A stretch of 64,000 nucleotides of DNA, from contig CAWJSJ010000004.1 of the NCBI GenBank assembly GCA_963845565.1, positions 64,001 to 128,000 of the forward strand, in the 5' to 3' direction. Source of the stretch: an uncultured Methylomirabilota bacterium. Its GTDB lineage: Bacteria > Methylomirabilota > Methylomirabilia > Methylomirabilales > 2-02-FULL-66-22. Below are positions 38,411 to 53,256 of the stretch, piece after piece. Position numbers and translations under genes: made by a program. The notes below the pieces were generated by a model. It ran no database searches. It was not told the DNA's origin and saw only the letters and a list, made by a program, of their open reading frames with translations. The first letter of the stretch is position 1; every line of letters begins with the position of its first letter.

Positions 38411-39148
38411 ATGGAAACCAAGGTTCTCACGCATCGCCGGTATCAGCCAAAGTCGTATGTTATCGGTGCCCTGCTCACCCTCTGGAGCAGCTCCATCGGG
38501 AAGAAGGCCGTCATGTCGCTCACCGGAATCGCCATGATGAGCTTTGTCCTGATGCACACCTATGGCACACTCAAGATCTTCAAGGGCGAGCAGGTATTCA
38601 ATGACTATGCCGTGTGGCTGCGGGAGGTCGGCAGCCCGCTTCTTTCTCACGGGATGGCATTGTGGATCACGCGGATCGGCCTGCTGGGGGCGGTGTCGCT
38701 GCACATGCTGGCGGCCTGGCTGGTGACCCGGAGAAGCTGGGCGGCGCGGCCGACGCGCTACCAGGAGGTCGAGCCGCTCCAATCCACCTTCGCGTCGCGG
38801 ACGATCCGCTGGGGCGGGGTCGTCATCGCGCTCTTTGTGGTCTACCACATCCTGCACTTCACCTTCGGTGCCGTCGGTTACGGCGCCGGCCAGTATTCGT
38901 CGACGTCCGTGTACCGCAATGTGGTCGTGGGGTTCTCCGTGTGGTACGTGTCGGCTTTTTATATCGTTGCCCAGCTCTTCCTGGGGCTCCACTGGTATCA
39001 CGGAGGTTGGAGCATCCTGCACACGCTCGGCGTCGCGACCGCGTGGGGGGACCGTGTCTATGCGGCAGTGGGTGGCCTGATCGCGTTGGGCGTGACTCTT
39101 GGAAACATCTCGGTGCCGGTTGCCGTTCTGACCGGCCTAGTCAAGTAG
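38411..39148 (+). CDS. sdhC: Succinate dehydrogenase/fumarate reductase cytochrome b subunit
   Basis: [13 protein letters not shown], heme His residues, first gene of sdhCAB. Confidence 0.88.
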   Translation: METKVLTHRRYQPKSYVIGALLTLWSSSIGKKAVMSLTGIAMMSFVLMHTYGTLKIFKGEQVFNDYAVWLREVGSPLLSHGMALWITRIGLLGAVSLHMLAAWLVTRRSWAARPTRYQEVEPLQSTFASRTIRWGGVVIALFVVYHILHFTFGAVGYGAGQYSSTSVYRNVVVGFSVWYVSAFYIVAQLFLGLHWYHGGWSILHTLGVATAWGDRVYAAVGGLIALGVTLGNISVPVAVLTGLVK

Positions 39149-39161
39149 GGGGGTGTCTGCG

Positions 39162-41107
<1,946 letters not shown>

Positions 41108-41111
<4 letters not shown>

Positions 41112-41890
41112 ACCTCTCTCTCAAGGTCTGGCGACAACGGAATGCGGAGGATCCCGGGCACTTCGAGACCTACGAGGCCACGAACGTCAGCCACGAGATG
41201 TCGTTCCTGGAGATGCTGGACGTCGTCAACGAGGGCCTGATCCTGGACGGCAAGGACCCCATCGTGTTCGAGCACGACTGCCGGGAGGGCATCTGCGGTT
41301 CGTGCGGTTTCGTGATCAACGGTCGGCCGCACGGCCCGTGGCCGGGCACCACCGTCTGCCAGTTGCACATGCGGGCCTTCCGGGACGGCGACCGCCTGCT
41401 CATCGAGCCGTGGCGCGCCGCCGCCTTCCCCGTCATCAAAGATCTGATGGTGGATCGGAACGCGTTCGACCGGATCATCCAGTCCGGCGGTTTCATCGAT
41501 GCCCCGACCGGCGCGGCGCAAGACGCCAACGCCATCCTGGTGCCGAAAGAGCGGGCGGAGTTGGCCTTCGAGGCCGCGGCCTGCATCGGCTGCGGGGCCT
41601 GCGTGGCCGCCTGCCCGAACGCCTCGGCCATGCTCTTCACCGCCGCCAAGATCTCGCATCTCGGCCTGCTGCCTCAGGGACAGCCGCGCCGGCCCCACCG
41701 TGTCCTGGACATGGTGGCGCGGATGGACGCGGAAGGGTTCGGCGGCTGCACCAATCATGGGGAATGCGAGGGGGCCTGCCCAAAGCAAATCCGCATGCAT
41801 TTCATCGCCCGGATGAACCGCGAGCTCCTGACCGCCAGCCTCTGGCGCCCGACATTGGTGGGCCCCCTGCACACACTGGTCGAGGCGTAG
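41108..41890 (+). CDS. sdhB: Succinate dehydrogenase/fumarate reductase Fe-S subunit
   Basis: [32 protein letters not shown]. Confidence 0.95.
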
Positions 41891-41973
41891 CCGGGCGGCG
41901 CGCTCGCGCTGCCCGCGGTGGTTGTTCCGTGCGGCGCTCGCCGCCAATGTGTCGCCCCATGCGAGAGGAAACG

Positions 41974-43787
41974 ATGATGCGCAGCGCGACGTGGTTGCGG
42001 CACCCCGGTCGCACCGGCCGCGAGACGGCGGTGTGCGTGCGGACACCGCCTGGACCTCCTGGCGAGGAGCCGTCGCCGCATCGGGGATCGACGCGCCGCG
42101 CACGGGGTCTGGGGGTGCCGCGGGTGATCCTGGGCACGCTGGTGACGTCGATCTGCCTGGCTGCGGCCTTGACCGGGCAGGCCCTGGCCGCTGCGGACCA
42201 GGCCGCGCCCTCTGCGGCGGGGATCGACGCGGGGACGGAGTACGCGCGGGCGTCGGTCACCTTGGACGGCGAGGAGCTGTTCTCTGTCCGCGGGGTCGAG
42301 GCCTACCCGGCCGACACGCGGGCCCAGGCCATCGGCGGACGCATCACGGCCATGGCGGCCGATCGCTGCCGTGTCGGTCGAGGCGCTCCGACTGGTGGAG
42401 ACGGAGCGTGGGACCGATATCCTGGCCGGCGATCGGTTCCTGATGACCGTGACCGACGCAGACGCCAAACGCGACGGCGTGACGCACCAGTTCATGGCGA
42501 GCGCGGTCCGGCGGCGGATCGCGGATGCGGTGGCGTCGTACCGCAGCGAGCGGACTCCCAAGGCCCTGTTGATCAAGACCGGTGTCGCCGCGGGCGCCAC
42601 GTTGGTGGCCTGGCTTCTGCTGCTCGGGCGTGCGTCGCGCATTTCGGTGGATCGATGCATTCCTGGGGCGGCGGGCCAAGGGTGCCGTGGAGGGTCTGGA
42701 GACCCAAGCCTTTCGACTCATTCAGGCGAAGCAGCTTGTCGCGGCGCTCCACGGCCTCGTCGTCTCGCTCCGGGTGCTGGCGATCGTGGCGGTCGTGTAC
42801 GCCTATCTCCAGGTGGTCCTCGAGTTGTATCCCTGGAGTCGTCCGCTGTCCCGCCACCTGTCCGCCATGTTTCTCGACCCGCTCGCCAGCATGGGCGTGT
42901 CGTTCCTGGAGGCCCTGCCCAACCTGGTGTTCCTCGTCGTCTTGACGCTGCTGACACGCTACTTCCTCAGGCTCCTCAAGCTTTTCTTCAGCGGCGTCGA
43001 GAAGGGCACCGTCGCCCTCGCCGGCTTCGACCCGGACTGGGCCTGGCCGACCTATCGGATTATCCGGCTCCTCGTCGTCGCGTTCGCGGTGGTGGTGGCC
43101 TACCCCTACATTCCGGGCTCGCGGTCGGCCGCCTTTCAGGGGGTGTCGATCTTCATCGGGGTGATATTCTCGCTCGGCTCCTCGTCGTTGATTGCCAACC
43201 TGATTGCGGGGTACAGCATGACCTACCGGCGCACCTTCCGGGTCGGGGACCGGATCCAGGTGGGCGACGTCATGGGGGATGTCACCGAGAGCGGACTGAT
43301 GGTCACGCGCGTGCGGACGCCCAAGAACGAAGAGGTCGTCGTGCCGAACTCCTCGATTCTGAGCAACCATATCGTGAACTACAGCGCGCTGGCCACGCAG
43401 CACGGACTGATCCTGCATACCACGGTGGGAATCGGGTACGAGACCCCCTGGCGCCAGGTGGAGGCGATGCTGATCATGGCGGCTGAGCGGACGCCCGGAC
43501 TGCTCAGGGAGCCGCCGCCGTTCGTCCTGCAGAAGAACCTCGGTGACTTCTGTGTGACGTACGAGATCAACGCCCACTGCGACAATGCGCAGGCCATGGC
43601 CAGGCTGTACACTGACCTGCACCGGAACATCCTCGACCTCTTCAACGAGTACGGCGTGCAGATCATGACGCCGGCATACGAGGGGGACCCGCACCAGCCA
43701 AAGGTGGTGCCGAGGGAGCAGTGGTTCACCGCGCCGGCGCGGTCGCCGGAGACCAGGCCGCCGACGGCGCACGGGACGCAACCGTGA
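41974..43787 (+). CDS. MscS-family mechanosensitive channel with periplasmic N-domain; two frameshifts (~42365, ~42630)
   Basis: Three successive frames join into one protein; ANLIAG, FRVGDRI, VPNS, GVQIMTP. Confidence 0.8.
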
Positions 43788-43833
43788 CCGCGTCCCTGAG
43801 GCGGCGACGCGGCCGGGCGGCAATCCTACGAGG

Positions 43834-44919
43834 ATGAATGGCATGAGCGACCCATCGAGAGATCTAACCCGCACCATGCTCCAGGCGGCGTTCGTCGGCG
43901 CGCTGGTCGCCGGAACCTTCTGGATCCTGTACCCGTTCCTGCTGCCAGCCATCTGGGCCGTGACCATCGTGGTGGCGACGTGGCCGGTGATGCTGTTCGT
44001 GCAGTCGCGACTCTGGGGCAAGCGGGGCTTGGCCGTGACGGTCATGACGCTGGCGTTGCTCCTGATGCTCCTCGTTCCGCTGGCTCTCGGGATCATCACG
44101 ATTGCGCAAAACGCCGACCGGATCGTCGGGTGGGTCAAGTCTCTGATGACCTTCAGGGTTCCGCCGCCGCCGGAATGGCTCGGGGGAGTTCCGATTGTCG
44201 GACCGAGGGTGGCGGCGCAATGGGAACAACTGATCGCCGTCGGCCCGGGGGCGATTTCCGAACAACTGGCGCCCTATGTCAGCACCGTCGCCGGTTGGTC
44301 CGCCGCCCGGGTCGGGGGCGTGGGTGTGATGCTGGTGCAGTTCCTTCTGACGGTCGTGATCGCGGCGATCCTCTATGGCCATGGGGAAACCGCCGCCGCA
44401 ACCGTGTGCCGACTGGCGCGCCGGTTGGGCGGTGTCCGCGGCGAGGGCGTGGTCGAGCTGTCCGCCCAGGCCGTGCGCGCCGTCGCTCTCGCCGTCGTCG
44501 TCACCGCGATCGTGCAATCGGCCCTGGGCGGAGTCGGTCTGGTTATCGCCGGCGTGCCCTTCGCGCCCATCTTGACGGCGGTGATGCTGCTGGGCGCGGT
44601 CGCGCAGGTCGGCGTTGGCCCCGTGCTCATCCCGGCGGTGGGGTGGCTCTACTGGAGGGGCGATTCCGGTTGGGGCACCTTCCTGCTGGTATGGGCGGTC
44701 GTCGTCCTGAGTCTCGACAATTTCCTTCGGCCGGTACTCATCCGCAAGAGTGCCGACCTCCCGCTGTTGCTGATCTTCACGGGTGTGATCGGCGGCCTGA
44801 TCGGTTTTGGAATCATCGGGCTGTTCGTCGGGCCGCCGGTGCTCGCCGTCGCCTACACCCTGGCCAAGGCGTGGCTGGGGGACGGAGAGCGCGACGGCGT
44901 GCCGCCGCCGCTGTCCTGA
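43834..44919 (+). CDS. AI-2E family transporter (YdiK-like)
   Basis: WAVTIVVATWP, DNFLRP, GVIGG..FGIIGLFVGP. Confidence 0.88.
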   Translation: MNGMSDPSRDLTRTMLQAAFVGALVAGTFWILYPFLLPAIWAVTIVVATWPVMLFVQSRLWGKRGLAVTVMTLALLLMLLVPLALGIITIAQNADRIVGWVKSLMTFRVPPPPEWLGGVPIVGPRVAAQWEQLIAVGPGAISEQLAPYVSTVAGWSAARVGGVGVMLVQFLLTVVIAAILYGHGETAAATVCRLARRLGGVRGEGVVELSAQAVRAVALAVVVTAIVQSALGGVGLVIAGVPFAPILTAVMLLGAVAQVGVGPVLIPAVGWLYWRGDSGWGTFLLVWAVVVLSLDNFLRPVLIRKSADLPLLLIFTGVIGGLIGFGIIGLFVGPPVLAVAYTLAKAWLGDGERDGVPPPLS

Positions 44920-44937
44920 CGCGCAGCCGGACGTGTT

Positions 44938-47628
44938 ATGGACGTCATCAGCACGCATATCCATGCCGACTTCGACGCCCTGGCCTCGATGGTGGCGGCG
45001 GCGAAGCTGTACCCCAAGGCACGCCTGCTGTTCCCGGGCTCTCAGGAGCAAAACGTCCGGGAATTCCTCCAGGACACGCGATTCCCGCTGGCGACGGAGC
45101 GGTTGAAGGGGTTTCCCATTGCGTCGATCGCGCGCTTGATCCTGGTGGACGTCAAGCGGGGGACTCGGGTCGGCCCGCTCCGGGAGATCCTGGGGCGGCC
45201 GGGGCTGGACGTGCACATCTACGACCACCATCCGGCCCACCCCAAGGATATCGCCGGGAGCCTGGAAGTCTTGCGTGAGGTGGGGGCCACCACGACGATC
45301 CTGCTCGGCCTCTTGCGGGATCAGGAGGCGGCCATCACGCCGCAGGAGGCCACGCTCTTCGCCCTGGGGATTTACGAGGAGACGGGATTCCTCACCTTCA
45401 CCAACACGACCGAGGCCGACTTTCACGCGGCGGCGTATTGTCTGTCGCATGGGGCCAACCTGTCGCTGGTGGCGGACTTCATTCGGCGAGAGCTCACGGC
45501 GGTGCAGGTGGGGCTGCTGAACGAACTGATCCGCTCGGCGGAGACCCACACCGTCAACGGCGTCCGTGTCGTCATCGGCACCGCCTCGTCGGATCGGTAC
45601 GTGGGCGATCTGGCGATGTTGACCCACAAGCTTCGCGACATGGAGAACATCAACGTCCTGTTCACCCTGGTGCGGATGGACAATCGGGTGCACCTGGTGG
45701 CACGCAGCCGGCTGGAGGTGGTGGACGTCAGCCGGATCGTGGAGCCCTTCGGAGGCGGCGGCCACGCCACGGCGGCTTCGGCCACCATCAAGGACCTGAC
45801 GCTCTTTCAGGCCAAGGAACGCTTGCTGGGCCTGCTGCGCGAGTCCATTCGACCGCTCACGCGGGCGCGGGACATCATGACGGCCCCCGTGAAGGCCATC
45901 CCGGAGCGGTTTACGATCCGGGGCGCCGCGGAGATCATGAACCGGTTCAACTTGGCGCACCTGCCGGTGATCCGGCGGGGCGACATGATCGGGTTGATCA
46001 CCCGCGAGGTGGTGGACAAGGCGATCTTTCACGGTCTCGGCGACGCGGCGGTCCACGAGTATATGACCGGGGAGTTTGCCCGGGTGACCCCCGAGGCGCC
46101 TCTCTCCGAGGTGCAGCGGCTGATGGTGGAACGGAGCCTGGGTTTCGTGCCGGTGATGCAGGGGCAGCGGCTGCACGGGGCGGTGACGCGGGCGGACGTG
46201 CTCCGCCATGCGTACGAGGATCTGCTCACCCGTCCGACGTTCTCGACCTCGGAGGACCGGGAGCCCGCCGGGCCGACCGTCCGTACCGTCGCCAACCTCC
46301 TCGCCAACCACCTGCCGGGACGCGTGCAGGCGCTCTTGCGGTCGGCCGGCGCGGTGGCGGACGAGATCGGCACCCGGATCTACACCGTCGGCGGGTTCGT
46401 TCGGGATCTCTTGCTGCGGCATGAGAACCTGGATGTGGACCTGGTGGTCGAGGGCGACGGGATCGCGTTCGGGGAGCGACTCGGGCTGCGGCTGAACGCC
46501 AAGGTGACGAGCCACCCGAAGTTCGGCACGGCGGTGCTCATCCTTCCCGACGGATTCCGAGTGGACGTGGCCACGGCTCGCACGGAATATTACGAGTATC
46601 CGGCGGCGCTGCCCACGGTCGAACACAGCTCCATCAAGATGGACCTGTACCGTCGAGACTTCACCGTCAACGCGCTGGCGGTGTGCCTGAACGGCGCCCG
46701 GTACGGGGAGCTGTTGGATTTCTTCGGCGGCCAGCAGGACCTGCGGGACAAGACGCTGCGGATCATTCACAACCTGAGCTTTGTCGAGGATCCGACGCGC
46801 ATCCTCCGTGCAGCCCGCTTCGAGATGCGCTTCGGGCTGCATCTGAGCCGGCATGCGGAGCAGCTCAGCGTCAACGCGGTGCAGATGGGGCTTCTCGACA
46901 AGGTGGCCGGCCCACGGGTCTTCACCGAACTGCAATCGATCCTGCGCGAGCCCCGACCCTGGGCGATCCTGCGGCGGGTGGAGGCGTTGGGCGCGCTGGC
47001 GGCCATCCACCCACGGCTCGTGCTGGGGCGGGCGACGGAGCAGCGCTGCCAGCGCGTCGGAGAGGTCCTCACCTGGTACACCCTGCTGTATCTTCAGGTC
47101 CAGCCCGCACCCTGGCTGGTGTATTTCCTGGTGTTGCTGGAGGAGCGGCCCGGCACCGAGGCCCGGGCGATCCTGCGGCGGTTGGGCCCGCCTGCGAAGA
47201 TTGCGAATGTGGTGGCGCGGGACTTGGCCCGGCTGCGGTCGCTGGCGCGGAGTCTCCAGCGCACGCGCGAGGTCGCGCCGAGTCGCATGTATCGATGGTT
47301 GGCAGAGGTCTCGGTGGAGGTGGTCCTGGCTCTCATGGCGGTGGTCGGCCGCCCGGAACTCCGCAAGGCCATCGGTGATTTCCTGGGAGCCAGCGGCCGC
47401 GTGCGGCCCTTGCTCCGGGGCGACGATCTGCGGGCGCTGGGTATCCAGCCGGGGCCGGTGTATCGGGACATCCTGAACTCGCTGCTGTATGCACGGCTGG
47501 ACGGGCACGTGCAGAGCCGTGACGATGAATTGCGGTTCGTGCGTCGCCGGTTCGCCCGGGCGTTTCCCGCGGAGATGACCGGTCCGGCGAAAGCGCCGCG
47601 CACCCGATCCGCCCGACCTGGCGACTGA
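44938..47628 (+). CDS. DHH-DHHA1-CBS fused class II tRNA nucleotidyltransferase (likely A-adding)
   Basis: H.HADFDA, DHH, GGGH, CBS pair, VGGFVRD..DVD, RRDFTVNA, EDPTRILRA. Confidence 0.9.
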   Translation: MDVISTHIHADFDALASMVAAAKLYPKARLLFPGSQEQNVREFLQDTRFPLATERLKGFPIASIARLILVDVKRGTRVGPLREILGRPGLDVHIYDHHPAHPKDIAGSLEVLREVGATTTILLGLLRDQEAAITPQEATLFALGIYEETGFLTFTNTTEADFHAAAYCLSHGANLSLVADFIRRELTAVQVGLLNELIRSAETHTVNGVRVVIGTASSDRYVGDLAMLTHKLRDMENINVLFTLVRMDNRVHLVARSRLEVVDVSRIVEPFGGGGHATAASATIKDLTLFQAKERLLGLLRESIRPLTRARDIMTAPVKAIPERFTIRGAAEIMNRFNLAHLPVIRRGDMIGLITREVVDKAIFHGLGDAAVHEYMTGEFARVTPEAPLSEVQRLMVERSLGFVPVMQGQRLHGAVTRADVLRHAYEDLLTRPTFSTSEDREPAGPTVRTVANLLANHLPGRVQALLRSAGAVADEIGTRIYTVGGFVRDLLLRHENLDVDLVVEGDGIAFGERLGLRLNAKVTSHPKFGTAVLILPDGFRVDVATARTEYYEYPAALPTVEHSSIKMDLYRRDFTVNALAVCLNGARYGELLDFFGGQQDLRDKTLRIIHNLSFVEDPTRILRAARFEMRFGLHLSRHAEQLSVNAVQMGLLDKVAGPRVFTELQSILREPRPWAILRRVEALGALAAIHPRLVLGRATEQRCQRVGEVLTWYTLLYLQVQPAPWLVYFLVLLEERPGTEARAILRRLGPPAKIANVVARDLARLRSLARSLQRTREVAPSRMYRWLAEVSVEVVLALMAVVGRPELRKAIGDFLGASGRVRPLLRGDDLRALGIQPGPVYRDILNSLLYARLDGHVQSRDDELRFVRRRFARAFPAEMTGPAKAPRTRSARPGD

Positions 47629-47885
47629 ATCCGAGGAGCCCGATGAGCCAGCAGCCCAGACTCCCCATAAGGCTGGGCTGTTTCTCCTCCTCGTCGGGTA
47701 CGGTCTGGTGGGAGTGTACACGCTCCGGCGCCGGCGTGGCAGGCCGTCGTGGTCGGCGTGAACTCCGGCCACCCGAAAAGCCCTTAACTTCTCGTATCTT
47801 CTGAGCCGGAGCCGAGTCTCCAATTGACAAAACTGGGGGGATCGGGTACGGTTCTCCATTCATCCGAATGGCAAGAAGGGAGCCT

Positions 47886-48524
47886 ATGTTCGACCTCTCC
47901 GGCACGATCCAGGACCTGGCGATTCGCATCCCCGTTTTCCTCCTGGCGCTGACAATTCACGAATTCGCTCATGCGTGGGTGGCCTACCGCCTGGGGGATC
48001 CGACCGCCCGGTCGCAGGGCCGCCTGACCCTCAACCCTCTGGCCCACCTGGACGTCATCGGGACGATCGCCATCGTCCTCATCGGGTTCGGATGGGCGAA
48101 GCCGGTACCGGTTGATGCGCGGTATTTCCGGCAACCCCGGCGGGACACCATTCTGGTCTCGGCGGCCGGACCGCTCAGCAATCTGCTGCTGGCCGCGGCC
48201 ATGGCGTTCTGCTATCGGATGATCCCCTGGGGGGCGTGGGGGATCGAGGCCGCGTGGCTCGTGGTGCCGCTTCGCGCAATGATCCGGACGGCGGTCTGGG
48301 TCAACGTACTCCTGGCCATCTTCAACTTGCTGCCGATTCCACCCCTGGATGGCAGCCGCGTCGTGTCGGGTCTGTTGCCTCTGCGCCAGGCCATCACGTA
48401 CAGCCAGCTGGAACCGTACGGGTTTGTGATCATCTTCCTGTTGTTCTTCACCGGGATCATGGATCCCATTTTCGGCGCGGCGGTCCGGACTGTGACACTG
48501 GCGCTGTTCCAGATCTGGGGGTAA
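47886..48524 (+). CDS. Site-2 protease (M50)
   Basis: HEFAH, AGPLSN, FNLLPIPPLDG. Confidence 0.92.
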   Translation: MFDLSGTIQDLAIRIPVFLLALTIHEFAHAWVAYRLGDPTARSQGRLTLNPLAHLDVIGTIAIVLIGFGWAKPVPVDARYFRQPRRDTILVSAAGPLSNLLLAAAMAFCYRMIPWGAWGIEAAWLVVPLRAMIRTAVWVNVLLAIFNLLPIPPLDGSRVVSGLLPLRQAITYSQLEPYGFVIIFLLFFTGIMDPIFGAAVRTVTLALFQIWG

Positions 48525-48633
48525 CGCGACGTCGGAGTAACGGCCCATGTCCGATGCGTTTCCCGGGCGCGGCCCTTTATGGGCTGGCGGCTGACCGCTG
48601 ACGGCTGATAGCTTCTCTTCACACGGAGACCGC

Positions 48634-49620
48634 ATGACACGGAAGCGCGTTTTGAGCGGGATGCGCCCGACGGGGCGACTGCACATGGGGCACCTCTTTG
48701 GGGCGCTGGACAACTGGCGGAAGCTCCAGGAGACCTACGACTGCTTCTTTTTCATCGCCGACTGGCACGCCCTGACGACCGACTACGCCGACCCCTCGAA
48801 GGTCAGGGAGTTCACCACCGAGGTGGTCCTGGATTGGCTTGCGGCCGGTCTGGACCCTCAGAAATCCACTTTTTTCGTGCAGTCCCGGCTGCCGGAGCAC
48901 GCGGAGCTGCACCTGCTCTTTTCGATGTTCACGCCGTTGGCTTGGCTGGAGCGGGTGCCCACCTACAAGGAGCAACGGGAGCAGATCACCGACAAGGACC
49001 TGAGCACGTACGGGTTCCTCGGTTATCCCCTCTTGCAGGCAGCCGACATCCTGATCTACAAGGCGCACTACGTGCCGGTGGGCGTGGACCAGGTGCCGCA
49101 CGTGGAGTTGACGCGGGAGGTGGCGCGGCGGTTCAATTTCCTTTACAAGACCGTCCTGGTGGAGCCCGAGGCGTTGCTGACGGAGTTTCCCAAGATCCCC
49201 GGAACGGACGGCCGCAAGATGAGCAAGAGCTACGACAACGCCATCTTCCTGTCCGACTCCCCCGAGGCGGTGACGGCCAAGATCAAGCCCATGATCACGG
49301 ACCCGGCGCGCCAGCGTCGGCGCGACCCCGGTAATCCGGAGGTGTGTCCCGTCTACGATCTCCACAAGGTGTTCACCCCGCAGGGCGAACGAGAGACGGT
49401 GATCGTCCCGGGCTGTACCAGCGCCGGTATCGGGTGCCTGGACTGTAAGCAGGTCCTGCTGAAGCACGCACTCCCGGTCCTGGGCCCGGTCTCGGCGCGG
49501 CGCGCCACGCTGGCCGAGAACCCGGATGCGGTCCGGGCAATCTTAGAGGACGGGACCGCCCGCGCGCAGCAGGTGGCACGCCAGACCCTGGCCGAGGTGA
49601 AGTCGGCGATGCAGATCTAG
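48634..49620 (+). CDS. trpS: Tryptophanyl-tRNA synthetase
   Basis: [26 protein letters not shown]. Confidence 0.96.
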   Translation: MTRKRVLSGMRPTGRLHMGHLFGALDNWRKLQETYDCFFFIADWHALTTDYADPSKVREFTTEVVLDWLAAGLDPQKSTFFVQSRLPEHAELHLLFSMFTPLAWLERVPTYKEQREQITDKDLSTYGFLGYPLLQAADILIYKAHYVPVGVDQVPHVELTREVARRFNFLYKTVLVEPEALLTEFPKIPGTDGRKMSKSYDNAIFLSDSPEAVTAKIKPMITDPARQRRRDPGNPEVCPVYDLHKVFTPQGERETVIVPGCTSAGIGCLDCKQVLLKHALPVLGPVSARRATLAENPDAVRAILEDGTARAQQVARQTLAEVKSAMQI

Positions 49621-49661
49621 GAACCCATTTCCGGCAGGTCAGAGCCGCAAGGGGGACGCGC

Positions 49662-51137
<1,476 letters not shown>

Positions 51138-51146
51138 GCTCGTTTC

Positions 51147-52679
51147 ATGGACAAAGTCCTCATCCTCGACTTCGGCTCGCAGTACACGCAGCTCATCGCG
51201 CGGCGGGTACGCGAACTCAAGGTGTATTCCGAGATCCATCCGTACTCGATGTCGGCGGCCGAGATCCGCGCGTTCGGGCCGACGGCGCTGATCCTGTCCG
51301 GAAGCCCTGCCAGCATTTACCAGGCGGACGCACCCCGACCCGACCCCGGCATCCTGGATCTCGGCGTTCCGGTCCTCGGGATCTGTTACGGGCTGTGCGC
51401 CCTGACGGTTTTGGCGGGCGGGCAGGTGGCGCGGGCGGCGCGGCGGGAGTACGGGCCGGCGGACCTGCTCGTCGATCACGGCGAGGACCTGTTCGCCGAT
51501 CTGCCGAGCCGGCTGCCGGTCTGGATGAGTCACGGGGACCAAGTGACCGATCTCCCCGGCACGTTTCGGGTGCTGGCCCATACGGACAATTCCCCCTACG
51601 CCGCCTTCCGGCACCGGGAGCGCCCGTTCTACGGCGTCCAGTTCCACCCGGAGGTCGTGCACACGCCCCAGGGGAAGGCGATTCTGGGGAACTTCCTCTT
51701 CCGGGTTGCCAAGTGCCGGCCGACCTGGACCATGCGCTCCTTCGTGGAAGCGAGCGTGGCGCGTATTCGTGAACAGGTCGGCGCCGGCCGCCTCTTGTGC
51801 GGTTTGTCGGGCGGTGTGGATTCGTCGGTGGCCGCGGTGCTGGCGCACCAGGCGGTGGGCGATCGGTTGACCTGCGTGTTCGTGGACAACGGCCTGCTGC
51901 GGATGAACGAGGCTGCCCAGGTGGTGGAGATGTTCGGAAAGCACCTGGGCCTGCGCCTCATCGCGGTGGACGCCGGGGCGCGGTTTCTGGAGCGGCTCTC
52001 CGGCGTGACCGACCCCGAACGGAAGCGAAAGATCATCGGCGCCGAGTTTATCGCGGTCTTCGAGGCGGAGGCCAAGCGCCTGGGCAGGACGGAGTTCCTG
52101 CTGCAGGGGACGCTCTATCCGGATGTGATCGAGAGCGTATCCGTCAAGGGGCCGTCGGTCACCATCAAGACGCATCACAATGTTGGCGGCCTACCGGAGA
52201 AGATGGGGTTCGCGCTGGTCGAGCCGCTCCGCGAGCTGTTCAAGGATGAGGTCCGGGAAGTCGGCAAGGAACTCGGTCTGCCGGAGGTGCTCCTCTGGCG
52301 TCAACCGTTTCCGGGGCCGGGACTGGCCGTCCGTTGCGTGGGGGAGATCACCCGGGACCGACTGGACCTCTTGCGGCGCGCCGACGTCATCGTCGAAGAG
52401 GAGATCCGCAGGGCCGGCCTGTACCGCGACATCTGGCAGGCGTTCGCCGTGCTGCTCCCTGTTCGCACGGTGGGCGTGATGGGCGACGAGCGGACCTACG
52501 AGCACGTGGTCGCCATTCGCGCCGTCCAGAGCCACGACGGCATGACGGCCGACTGGGTCCGACTGCCTTACGAGGTACTGGGCACCATCAGCAGCCGCAT
52601 TGCCAACGAAGTCAAGGGTGTGAACCGGGTCGTGTACGACGTCAGCAGCAAGCCGCCCAGCACCATCGAGTGGGAGTGA
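51147..52679 (+). CDS. guaA: GMP synthase
   Basis: [32 protein letters not shown]. Confidence 0.97.
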   Translation: MDKVLILDFGSQYTQLIARRVRELKVYSEIHPYSMSAAEIRAFGPTALILSGSPASIYQADAPRPDPGILDLGVPVLGICYGLCALTVLAGGQVARAARREYGPADLLVDHGEDLFADLPSRLPVWMSHGDQVTDLPGTFRVLAHTDNSPYAAFRHRERPFYGVQFHPEVVHTPQGKAILGNFLFRVAKCRPTWTMRSFVEASVARIREQVGAGRLLCGLSGGVDSSVAAVLAHQAVGDRLTCVFVDNGLLRMNEAAQVVEMFGKHLGLRLIAVDAGARFLERLSGVTDPERKRKIIGAEFIAVFEAEAKRLGRTEFLLQGTLYPDVIESVSVKGPSVTIKTHHNVGGLPEKMGFALVEPLRELFKDEVREVGKELGLPEVLLWRQPFPGPGLAVRCVGEITRDRLDLLRRADVIVEEEIRRAGLYRDIWQAFAVLLPVRTVGVMGDERTYEHVVAIRAVQSHDGMTADWVRLPYEVLGTISSRIANEVKGVNRVVYDVSSKPPSTIEWE

Positions 52680-52719
52680 GGGGAGCGCTCCCGCTGTCGT
52701 TTGCGACGCCGTGCCCGCC

Positions 52720-53122
52720 ATGACCGACGAACGGCTGGACCTAGCCGACTTTCTCTTCGACGAGGATCTCCCGGCGGAGATCGTGGCGCCTGGGGCGCAC
52801 ATGCCCACCGTGGATGCCGCCGCGGCCGCCATGCGGGTCGCGCCCGAGCAGATCTTCAAGTCCATCCTGTTCGTCGCGGCCGGTGCGTTGGTGGCGTCGG
52901 AACGCCGCGTGGATCGGCGGGTCGAGGCCTCACGGGATCGGTCTCAAGCTGGCAGCCGGACGTCTGGCGACGGGTATCCCGCGGGCGGACGCCGCCGGTG
53001 GGCACCGGGAGCGGTCCGGTGTCGTGGACAGGTCGCACCAGCTGGGGTACGCCGGCGGCGGGCGGGCCGAGCTCTTGGTGAAGATCCGCTCGGCGGATAT
53101 CATCCGCCTGACGGGCGCCTAG
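52720..53122 (+). pseudogene. YbaK/EbsC aminoacyl-tRNA editing domain, disrupted
   Basis: PTVDAAAAA..QIFKSILF, GYPAG, YAGGG..LVKI in different frames, with internal deletions. Confidence 0.75.
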
Positions 53123-53256
53123 GTCGCCGATGTCATCGCGAATGACCGATGAGGAATGAAGAATGTAAAACCGACAACCGACAACCGGCCGATCGCTTCC
53201 ATTGACCGGTTTTCCGTCGTGTCCGTTATTCATTGAGCACTCGCTGAAGGGTAGCC

